Below, piece after piece: positions 54,391 to 64,000 of a DNA stretch of 64,000 bases. The notes under the pieces are model-generated. The model saw nothing but the letters and a program-made list of their open reading frames with translations. It searched no databases and had not been told where the DNA came from. A program made the position numbers and the translations under genes. Source of the DNA: Macrostomum lignano. Its lineage: Eukaryota. The stretch lies in NCBI GenBank assembly GCA_002269645.1, contig NIVC01001878.1, positions 17,946 through 81,945 of the forward strand, in the 5' to 3' direction. Position 1 is the first letter of the stretch, and each line of letters starts with the position of its first letter.

Positions 54391-55729
54391 GTGGGGGGTG
54401 GGTGGGCGATGCTTGCCGTCTAGGGAATGCTTTCTACTTAGGGGGAACGCCTATTATCTTTGTGAAGGCTTTATTTTGTTGTGTACTTTTATTACTTTTA
54501 GACAAGAGATTCATAGCAGACATCTTTGTCCATGACAATTTTACTCAAATATAAGGTGATTTATAAACCGAAGAAAGAATCGCGGTTTTCAAGAAAATGT
54601 GCTTCTTTAATGGATTTGCATGAATAATTGTTCGGCGCCACGAAGGGGGGCACTAGATTGCTAGTTTATCCTAGGAATCTTCTGCCATGCTATCCCATAT
54701 CCCACAGATTTTTTTTCTACAAGTTCAGCATTATCCCTGGCAGAACGCTTTTGGCGACATTGACCCACAACCACAATTGCTCACACAGGGTGTACATCGG
54801 CCCTGACTTTCCAATCGTCAGGCATGTGCACTCTCGATGCTTTTGGGTGGTATATCAGCGCGACAGCTACTGACGCTAGCGCAAAGTCTCCAACGCTAAC
54901 TGTCTCCATCTGTAATATCAGCATAGCCATTTTCATGAAGGGATCTATTAGTACATATATTACCTTCAAACACGAATATATCGACTTACGAATTCTAGTT
55001 TTTGTCCGTGCATGAAAATCATATTTTTGTGTACGTTAGCTCACGCCACCCTACAGCCTGCTTATCTAGGGGGGGGGGGTTGTCCTACCCCCAGCCTTTT
55101 TGATATTTTGATATCAAGTATTTTCATTTGCAGTGGAGACCGTTCGCTCTGGTGACAATTAGCTTTCTGCTGATAATAGCGATGAAGAGACAGTTAGCTG
55201 TGGAGAAGACAGCTTAGTGCTCATGACAGTTAGCATTGATTGGTATATAAACATTTTCGGATGCACAATGAGTTGAGGATCGAATGAAGTGGGGGGAGCG
55301 GTGTGCGAGGGTTGAACGTATTAAAGCTACTCCAATCAGTTTTCTTGTATCTTTTATTTCAGAATAGTGTAGTGATCCGCTAGTTTGGTGTTAGGCGTCG
55401 CATTATTGTCAGCAGCTTCCTTCGCCCTCGCCCTCGCCCTGGGTTGCTGTCTGCCGCTGGGCAGCCTCCCTCCCCTTTTGCTGCCTGTTCTCTGGACTCT
55501 GGCGCCCCCCTCTTCTCTGCGCTCTTGCTTGCAGCCACGAGCTTCTCTGCTGTGGCCTGCTCTGCGTTTCGTTCCTGTCCTGAGGTCAAACTGGTGGCCT
55601 GCTTCCCTTGTCATGTGGCTAGCAAGTCACCTGACAAGTCTTGTTTTCTCAAAGTCCTAAAGTGCAGTAAACATGTTTACTGTACTTATTGGCCCGTGTT
55701 TACAGGAGGAATCACGTGCTTCGGGGCCC

Positions 55730-55915
55730 TTGCCTTCTCTAAGGTAATAGGTGACTCATGTTTCTAAAAATAGATACTGAGTCATGCGGCCCTGTGCACT
55801 TTACCCGCAGACCCTGCCTTCTCTAAGGCAGAGAGTGACGTCAGTTCTAAAAATAGACCAGAGTCACGAGGTCCGGCGCACACTGGTGCGGCGGGGATTT
55901 CCTGCCTATAAATAC
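55730..55915 (+). promoter_or_regulatory. Duplicated enhancer module (AP-1/CRE plus MEF2) followed by a TATA box
   Basis: TGACTCA 55752, CTAAAAATAG 55764, TGAGTCA 55778, TGACGTCA 55836, CTAAAAATAG 55847, TATAAATA 55907. Confidence 0.55.
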
Positions 55916-56398
55916 GTGCCCCTCACCCTTGGTTCAGTCAGGGATTTGTCCAGACGCCCAAGACGCCCAAGCCTAAGGGAGGCTAGAACTGCCTTCCCAG
56001 CCACCCCCTGAGCCCGGCGGGATCTGCTGACCAGGACGCCTTGTTCATTAATCTGCAAATCTGCACGCTGTTCTGAGTTCGTTGACTCGTTTATTTCGTT
56101 CCGACGGGAAGCTCACCTCACCGAAGGCCGAGACCTGAATGAAGGAACTGGTGGCAGCACTACCTACGCTACTAAGAGCTAATAGAAGGCTTCCGGTTGA
56201 GAAGACGGAGAGCCCAAATCACTGTGCCAGACAGCAGGAGAAGCACAGGTACAACATTGGTGGGAGAGGTGGGATTCAAAGACCTACCAGGCCACCTCGA
56301 GACAACCCCGAGACGACCATAAGTACTTCAATAGTCCAAGAGAAATTGCTTACTGGCGCATAGAGTGGCGCCTTTTCAATGTTGCTCAGTATAAATTG

Positions 56399-56565
56399 GA
56401 CGTTGAAAAGTATCCACACCCTGATCTAGTGAGACATAGATTTCTCTCCGATCGCAACTGGAAGTTACGTAACTGGCATCCTGCGCGGAACGGTATTATT
56501 CAATTGCACACTTATACTCGTAGTCCTATTCATCACTAGATCAGTGTGGATATTTTTCAATATCC
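56399..56565. mobile_element. Small MITE-like element with ~35-bp imperfect TIRs
   Basis: GGACGTTGAAAAGTATCCACACCCTGATCTAGTGA versus TCACTAGATCAGTGTGGATATTTTTCAATATCC. Confidence 0.5.
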
Positions 56566-57264
56566 GTGACTGTACATGTAGATGAAATGCTTGACTTCCC
56601 TGAGCAGGCACACACTCACAAGGGAGTGTACAGCGGCCCTAAGTTCATTTATTGTTAGACATGTACTCTTCCCTGTGCCCAGTCTGGTTTGAGGGTTGGC
56701 CCTCAAGGGCGATAATTGCACGAGCAGAGCCAAGCCAAGATTCTAATTTATAGCTCTAAATTACATATAATGCGACTGCACTTGGAATCGAGCCTGGGCC
56801 GCTGGGTTACGGCCTCTCCTGCCAACACCCGCTCTCAGATCAACAGCCTTTTTTTCTGTGGCTGAAACTGTTGAAATATTTAGCTAGCTGCGTTCGTCAT
56901 CTTTCATACTATGTCAAAGCCCATAAGAAATATTAATTCCCATAAAATTACGAGTTTTAGTGGTTAGTATTTCATCAGATTGACAATACGGGGCAGAAAT
57001 GAACTCCACTTGCAGTACGAGATACTTAATAATTTATTGCATCCATATGCTTCCATGAAAAATGGACAAAATTAAAATGAACCAACTATATATAGCACGT
57101 CGAATAAGATTATTAAAATTCACTTCGAAATCGGCATTAGTGAGGCAAAAGTCAGTGGCGTGTCCAGAGGTGCCAGAGAGCGTCCACCGCAAAAACTAAA
57201 AGACTTGAGCTCGACGAACGACAGGAGTTGCTATCTCTTGGACGTGGCATTCACCGGTCTTCGA

Positions 57265-58030
57265 AACAGGGGCGCCACACCAAGAGACAGCGGCGTCACA
57301 TCAAGAGCAGCGGCGTCACATCAAGAGACAGGGGCGTCACACCAAGAGACAGCGGCGTCACATCAAGAGACAGGGGTGCTACACGAAGAGACAGGGGGTG
57401 CCACATCAAGAGACAGGGGCGTCACACCAATAGACAGGAGCGCCCACCAGAGACAGGGGACTTGCCACACCAAGAGACAGGGGCGCTACACCTAGAGACA
57501 AGGGCGCCACACCAAGAGACAGGGGCGCTACACCTAGAGACAGGGGCGCTACATCAAGAGACAGGAGAGCTATATCAAGAGACAGGGGCGCCACACCAAG
57601 AGACAGGGGCGCCACACCCAGAGACAAGGGCGCCACACCAAGAGACAGGGGCGCTACACCTAGAGACAGGGGCGCTACATCAAGAGACAGGAGAGCTACA
57701 TCAAGAGACAGGGGCGCTAAATCAAGAGACAGGAGAGCTACATCAAGAGACAGGGGCGCCACACCAAGAGACAGGGGCGCTACACCTAGAGACAAGGGCG
57801 CCACACCAAGAGACAGGGGCGCTACACCTAGAGACAGGGGCGCTACATCAAGAGACAGGAGAGCTACATCAAGAGACAGGGGCACCACACCAAGAGACAG
57901 GGGCGCCACACCAAGAGAACACCAAGAGACAGGGGCGCTACACCAAGAGACAGGAGAGCTACATCAAGAGACAGGGCGCCACACCAAGAGACAGGGGCGC
58001 TACACAAGAGACAGGGGCGGCCACCAAGGC
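57265..58030 (+). repeat. 21-bp minisatellite CACCAAGAGACAGGGGCGCCA, forward array
   Basis: About 35 variant units. Confidence 0.9.
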
Positions 58031-58659
58031 AGAAAATATTGGCGCCAAGACGCCCAGTATCTTGACGCAGCTATTTTAGTTCATACATATGAATTTTTAG
58101 TGTGAAGTGCTAAACTGCTCCGCTTCTCTAATTTGTAACGGCGCAGCTGTAACAAAATGAATGGCATGTATCGTGCCTGCTTTCAGTGACGTACTGGTTA
58201 CAGCGACCGATGTGTAAAACCCTCTTGGGATTCACGCCATCTCTGATACATAAGCAGCTGTAGTGTTGTATGTAGGGCTCCCTTTGTGGTTATCTAATCA
58301 GCTTACAAGATGGATTACCTGCTTCATAGATAAGCTAAATCTGAAATACGGATCTAAAGATTCTTTTGTGCTTGCATGCTTGTAGCAAGGATGTCCATAG
58401 TCTCGTAGAATTGGGGTACTTTCATAACTTCGAAACTTTAACGTAGACTTGAGATTTCCTCACCGGTTAAAGCTCAATAATGTGTATTACTTTCTCACAA
58501 GCGATGTGAAATTTTGAGCTTGTAAAAGCGATCTAAGTATACAGTGTACATAAGTACATTTAACAGGAATTTCAATTAGATAGGGTCGCAACCCTAAGCT
58601 AGGGGCACCTACATGTATTATATTCGGTGTCTTGGTTGGGCGTTGGAACCTTTGTCTTT

Positions 58660-59085
58660 TGGTGTGGCACCCCCCGTCTCTTGGTGGGGCACCCCTGTCT
58701 CTTGGTGGCGCACCCGTCTCTTGGTGTGGCGCCCAAGTCTCTTGGTGGCGCACCCCTGTCTCTTGGTGGCGCACCCCTGTCTCTTGGTGTGGCGCCCAAG
58801 TCTCTTGGTGGCGCACCCCCATCTCTTGGTGTGGCGCCCCTGTCTCTTGGTGGCGCACCCCCGTCTCTTGGTGGGGCACCCCTGTCTCTTGGTGTGGCAC
58901 CCCTGTCTCTTGGTGGGGCACCCCTGTCTCTTGGTGTGGCACCCCTGTCTCTTGGTGGGGCACCCCTGTCTCTTGGTGTGGCACCCCTGTCTCTTGGTGG
59001 GGCACCCCTGTCTCTTGGTTGTGGCACCCCTGTCTCTTGGTGGGGCACCCCTGTCTCTTGGTGGGGCATCCCTGTCTCTTAGTCT
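58660..59085 (-). repeat. Same 21-bp minisatellite family, reverse array
   Basis: Units read CACCCCTGTCTCTTGGTG(T/G)GG on the plus strand, the reverse complement of the 57-58 kb array. Confidence 0.9.
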
Positions 59086-59288
59086 CTCATAAAGAGGCGG
59101 TAAAAGCCGAGCCTCTTACATGTAGCTTTAATTTTCGGACGAGGGCAGTACTTTTTTGCGAGGCACTGTTTTTGTGAAGGCGTTTTTTAGGGGAGTTCGC
59201 CCAGTGACCTCAATTCCTCTGCGTACACCAACCGGGCGATAGCTACGTAGACTCTTAAATTTCGATGAACTTTTAAAACTTTTCTGCA

Positions 59289-59497
59289 GGCAATGGCTAG
59301 AGTTCCGGCACCGGAACCCATTTTCTAACGGCTACGGATCCGGCAATGCCATTATAATATAGATGGAACATTATATGCTTCTAATATTCAGACTTCTTAA
59401 GATATGTTCTTAGCAGTCTTTATATGCCTCTATACGGCACTGCCGGATCCCTAGCTGTTAGAAAACGGGTTCCGGTGCCGGAACTCTAGCCATTGCC
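59289..59497. mobile_element. Mutator-type MITE, 209 bp
   Basis: ~60-bp imperfect TIRs starting GGCAATGGCTAGAGTTCCGGCACCGGAACCC; 9-bp TSD TTTTCTGCA (59280-59288, 59498-59506). Confidence 0.85.
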
Positions 59498-61028
59498 TTT
59501 TCTGCAACTTTGACTGCTTGTCAATTCTCCGGAAGCATATCTAAAAGTGACAGCTGGACCGGACAGCCATAGCTGTATAAAAATTCACAGCAAACTACGA
59601 TGTATTTGAACTGAATTCAGTCCAAATTACAGTGTTCGCATCGGCATTCATCTTGTTTTCAATTCAAGTTTTCATCTTGAATTGACATCGTTAGCACATC
59701 GTTAGCTGGTTGCTTGTTCTAATTTGAAATTTTTACAAAGTGCTCAAACTTTGATAGCACTGATGCCACAGCCACTTAAGAAGAATCTCTGCCACGCTGA
59801 CACGTCAGACTGCCGTCGGTCAATTTGAATGAAGAATAAACCAAATCGGACGCAAAAGTTATAACTGCATCAAGAGCAGCACAGCTACGCTCACCTGCGC
59901 AGCCTATCAACCGCTCCAAATCTGCTCAAATAGATAACAAGTGGAAAATTTCAAGCAAAAAATCCTGCACTTCATTTCTATTTGCTAAAGTAAGAGGCTA
60001 CGCTGGATAGAGATAACGCAGGATTAAGCTACTAGTATTATAAAACCTTATCATGGCAATAACGCCTTATACTGGAGAGACTGGGTATAAGGACAAGATG
60101 AAAGGTTGGGTGAGAGAAGAGATGAGAACCACTGATTTTTGCTACGTGAAGTTTTAAAGGACCCCGAAGGCCGGGGTTTGCCGACCCCTGCTTCACATAA
60201 TTAATAACATCACGAATGGGGTAGCTTCCATTCATGTATCTTTTGCAAGAAAAAACATATTTATTATTTTTCAACGGCTCATCACGTCATTCGCCTTTTG
60301 AGGCCCAATCAGATAGCAATCAAGCGAATCCCATTGGGAATCGCTAGAGGCAATATGAAACAAGACGTGGCACAAGATGTTGATCTGATTTGTGGCAAGC
60401 GTACACCGCGTCAACACGCCAGTATGTTAAACAGATTCTAAAGATGTTGACGATTATTCCTTGTGACACTCGGGCTGTCACTTGAGCTGAAGGTGTGGAG
60501 AGCGGGCGAGTCAAGCAAAATCACGTAGCGTCCATCGGATAACTAAATTTCTAATCAGATTAGTAGGTTAGATTGAGCTGACAAAATTCTATATTTTCGC
60601 TTAGCTACCGCCTATGAGTTTCTTAAATCCGTAGGGCAACAATTGTTTTTAATAATTTGTATCAGACACGAAAACGGAAAACAGATTAAATTTAGTCTCG
60701 TCATACACACTTTGTAGTGTATTTTATGCTTTTGGTACTAGCGGAGTATGTACATTAATCCACGCATCTAATAGTCATTCAGACAGCTACAAAGGCGACA
60801 AAAGCAAAAAGGGGCAAAGAGAAAAGGAAATGCGGCTGGATACTTCAAACAAGAATTGAGTTAATCAACTTGAACCGAGAGTTTTTTGACCAAATATGGA
60901 CCAAAGATAATGGCTACTTTGATTGACTATTACTCGTATTTATGAAAAAACACTAGCGCATCAGCTCACGGCAGTAAAACAGAGGGGTAGGTAGGAACTA
61001 GCGAGCCCGATAATAAGATTAAACTGCC

Positions 61029-61450
61029 TTACCCAAATCCAGCGGGGCAGTGATCTAGGGGGGGGTTGGTGGTAAGGGATAGGCCATAAAATTTAATTGT
61101 TTTACCCAAATCCAGCGGGCAGTGATATAGGGAGGGTTGGGTGTAATGGATAGGCCATAAAATTAATTTCCTTACCCAGCCCAGGCTCCAGAGAGGCAGT
61201 GATATAGGGAGGGGTTGGGGTGTAAGGGATAGGCCATAAAATTAATTTCCTTACCCAGCCCAGGCTCCAGAGAGGCAGTGATATAGGGAGGGGTTGGGGT
61301 GTAAGGGATAGGCCATAAAATTTAATTTCCTTACCCAGCCCAGGCTCCAGAGGCAGTGATATAGGGAGGGTTGGGGGTAAGGAATAGGCCATAAAATTAA
61401 TTTCCTTACCCAGCCCAGCCTCCAGAAGGGCAGTGATATAGGGAGGCGTT
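61029..61450 (+). repeat. ~79-bp tandem repeat
   Basis: About 5.5 units; period 79 measured between 61170 and 61249. Confidence 0.88.
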
Positions 61451-61659
61451 TGGAGTAGGCTATTAAATTAATTGCATCGCCAAGTGAGTATGGATTACAC
61501 TCTTCAGCAAAGCCGAAACACTGGCTGATATTAATGCAGCGCCATCTTATTGCCAATACTTATAGCAGTCACAAAAGAGCGAAACAAGTGCTTGTATGTG
61601 CTGCTAATTAGGCTGACCAAAGATTTAAATATGAAGTAACAACTGTTTAAGCAATATAG

Positions 61660-63465
61660 TCACTGGCTGACCCAGTAGAGGCTAGACAGTTTTTGTAGCG
61701 CCAATCGAGAGGCCAGCGAAAGACCACCACTACCGCCGCTACCGCTGACTAAGCCACCGCCAAGGCCGAATGCCGTTGAAGATGCCGACGCCGGTGCTGG
61801 AGAATTATTTGCCGATGCAATGATTCTTTCAACAAGCTCGGCGAACGGTTTCGGCAGCTGGAAGCCGGCAGGCAGAGCGCTGAGGATGGCGTCTAGACGG
61901 GAGACCAGGCGATCAGTGACTGGCAGATTGCCAAGGCCTACTAGAATATAGCGGCTTAGCAGACAGTCTGCGCTGAGCTGTGCAGCGTAGTAGGGCTCAG
62001 CAGTTCGGAGAAGCGCAAGACATTGGTGAACAGTTTGATAGCCTGGGGGCAGGATTGGAGTTGGCTTCAGCTAGATTCATGGGCTATCTATAATTACATA
62101 GCAAAGCTGTAGTTAGTAATTTTCAACCAATAAACAAACCGGAAGTAGGAAATTATCAACTTGAAAATTGGTGCAAATGTACTTTTTAGCCCTGAACAGC
62201 TCACCTGAACCAGCTGCCTATTGTAGAAGGTTGACTCGGCCGGTTTAGGCATCATCAGCGGTATAAAAGGCTCCTTGGCAACAAACTCGGATAGTCGGTC
62301 GTGCACGGCAAGACACAGTCGCTGAGTTCGCGCTGATCCGGCATGAAAAGTTGGAAACTCGCGAGCCAGAGAGGCGAGCAGTGAGCTGAGACGCTTGCTT
62401 TCGCTGCTGGACATCGGGTCCCAGATCTGAGTAGATTTGCGACACAGTCTGTACAGTTTGTCTCCATCAATACTACTCAGTGATTAGTAGGCAGTTAAAA
62501 CTAAAAGCAACCAACAACCCAATCAACGAAACAGCCAACAACCCCATCAGCAAAGCAGTCAACAACCCCATCAGCAAAGCAGCCAACAACCCCATCAGCA
62601 AAGCAGCCAACAACCCCATCAACAAACCCATCAACAAAGCAGCCAACAACCCATCAGCAAAGCAGCCAACAACCCCATCAGCAAAGCAGCCAACAACCCC
62701 ATCAACAAAGCAGCCAACAACCCCATCAACAAAGCAGCCAACAACCCCATCAACAAAGCAGCCAACAAACCCATCAACAAAGCAGCCAACAACCCCATCA
62801 ACAAAGCAGCCAACAAACCCATCAACAAAGCAGCCAACAAACCAATAAAAAACTAGAGTCACCCCCTACCTGTTCAACAATGTCGATAAGCCTGGGCAGT
62901 AGGACGAGTTCCACTAGACCCGGTACGACCTTGACCTCATCCGGTGGCTATCGAGGTCAAGGTAGTCCAGCACGTGACCTAGCCAGGCTCGCCGATTGAA
63001 CTCAACACAGTCGGGCGTCAGCGGATTATAAAGCAGCATTTCAACGCGCACCAGAGGCGACAGAAGCCGCGCCATACAGGCTGGAAACCTGGCTCGCTCG
63101 TACAGATCCGGTTGAGAGGAGCGAAACTCCGATAGACGGCTGAGCAGCGACTCGAGTGTGCAAAATTCTGGCAGAACGTCGGAGAACAGCTGAGACTCTT
63201 GCACGTGCGCACCTGAGGAACAGGTTGAGGAGCGTTGAAGTCATCTAGTTAATCAAATTAAAGAAAGCATAATTATAAGCAGCAACCGAGACGCCAACCT
63301 GATCAATAGCGGATTCCCGACCCATTCGCTCCGCCGACGTCTCCTCATCGTCGGTGCTCTCGCCGCTGTCGTGCGTCGCGTCGGTGCCGTTGAGTTCGCG
63401 TTGTCTTCGCCGGCGAGTGCGCCGGGCTTCGCGTTCAGCCACTCGGCGAATGAGCGCCTCGTCCT
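61660..63465 (-). CDS. PAXBP1: PAX3/PAX7-binding protein 1 / GCFC family, 3' exons (63465-63299, 63212-62870, 62426-62205, 62042-~61660); upstream exons lie beyond the window
   Basis: VAEREARRTRRRRQRE...STDDEETS, LFSDVLPEFCTL...LLSPLVRVEMLLYNPL, VVPGLVELVLLPRL, IWDPMSS, FIPL...FYNRQ, AIKLFTN...LSADCLLSRYIL follow the PAXBP1 C-terminal half. Three 1-nt deletions must be assumed (~63205, ~62944, ~61980). Confidence 0.82.
62510..62845 (+). repeat. ~23-24-bp minisatellite CAAAGCAGCCAACAACCCCATCA(G/A) in a PAXBP1 intron
   Basis: About 14 tandem units. Confidence 0.9.
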
Positions 63466-63521
63466 CTGGCGGGTGGGATTGGGAAGCAATGGGGAGAGTG
63501 AGGCATTTTAAACTGCATCAA

Positions 63522-64000
63522 ATGTCGATTCTCGAGGACATTGAAGGGCGATTCTTGGGGACATCGAAGGGCGATTCTTTCATCTTGCGGACATTAAAGG
63601 TCGATTCTTGAGGACATTGAAGGGCAATTCTTGGGGACATCGAAGGGCGATTCTTGAGAACAATGAAGGGCGATTCCTGAAGACATTGAAGGGTGATTCT
63701 TGAGAACACTGAAAGGCGATTCTTGAGGACATTGAAGGCGATTCTTGAGGACATTGAAGGGCAATTCTTGGGGACATTGAAGGGTGATTCTTGAGAACAA
63801 TGAAGGGCGATTCCTGAAGACATTGAAGGGTGATTCTTGAGAACACTGAAAGGCGATTCTTGAGGACATTGAAGGCGATTCTTGAGGACATTGAAGGCGA
63901 TTCTTGAGGACATTGAAGGGCGATTCTTGAGGACATTGAAGGCAATTCTTGGGGACATCGATCGGCAATTCTTGGGGACAATGAAGGGCGATTCTTGAGG
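63522..64000 (+). repeat. 22/23-bp minisatellite TTCTTGAGGACATTGAAGG(G)CGA in a PAXBP1 intron, running off the window
   Basis: More than 20 variant units. Confidence 0.9.

Noticed and set aside
56149-56158. tRNA-Leu-like PBS TGGTGGCAGC after the enhancer/TATA region
   Set aside because: No CA-ending LTR boundary or TSD could be defined and no gag follows; only a 10-nt match.
53771-59177. Repetitive ORFs such as GMLAIW, HQETGAP and LSLGVAP as real proteins
   Set aside because: They are open in several frames and both strands of minisatellites, with frame-breaking unit variants.

Overview
Repeat-rich genomic DNA of an invertebrate animal (spliceosomal GT-AG introns, standard code; species not determinable). 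Host genes: a 4-exon PRXL2C/AAED1-like gene, a 3-exon CHMP4/Snf7 gene, a rhodopsin-class peptide GPCR, the 3' part of a PAXBP1/GCFC gene on the minus strand, and an orphan fibrinogen-domain exon. There are two complete Ty3/Gypsy LTR retroelements whose paired LTRs look identical by eye. The first is 4.3 kb (5849-10173), Mag-like, with gag and pol in one frame separated by a single amber codon. The second is 13.8 kb (20030-33816) and is the main discovery. It has TATA...TATA LTR ends, a tRNA-Glu PBS and the unusual order gag - class III (herpes gB/chuvirus-like) envelope glycoprotein - protease - RT - RNaseH - integrase, with Env fused in frame to the protease. Three unknown accessory ORFs follow, one antisense. 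The rest is MITEs (hAT, Mutator-like), tRNA-derived SINEs, a 1.4-kb dispersed repeat whose two copies differ by an internal inversion, and many minisatellites. Several conserved ORFs carry single-base deletions, mostly in short homopolymers. This suggests assembly indel errors, so frameshift interpretations need read-level checks.
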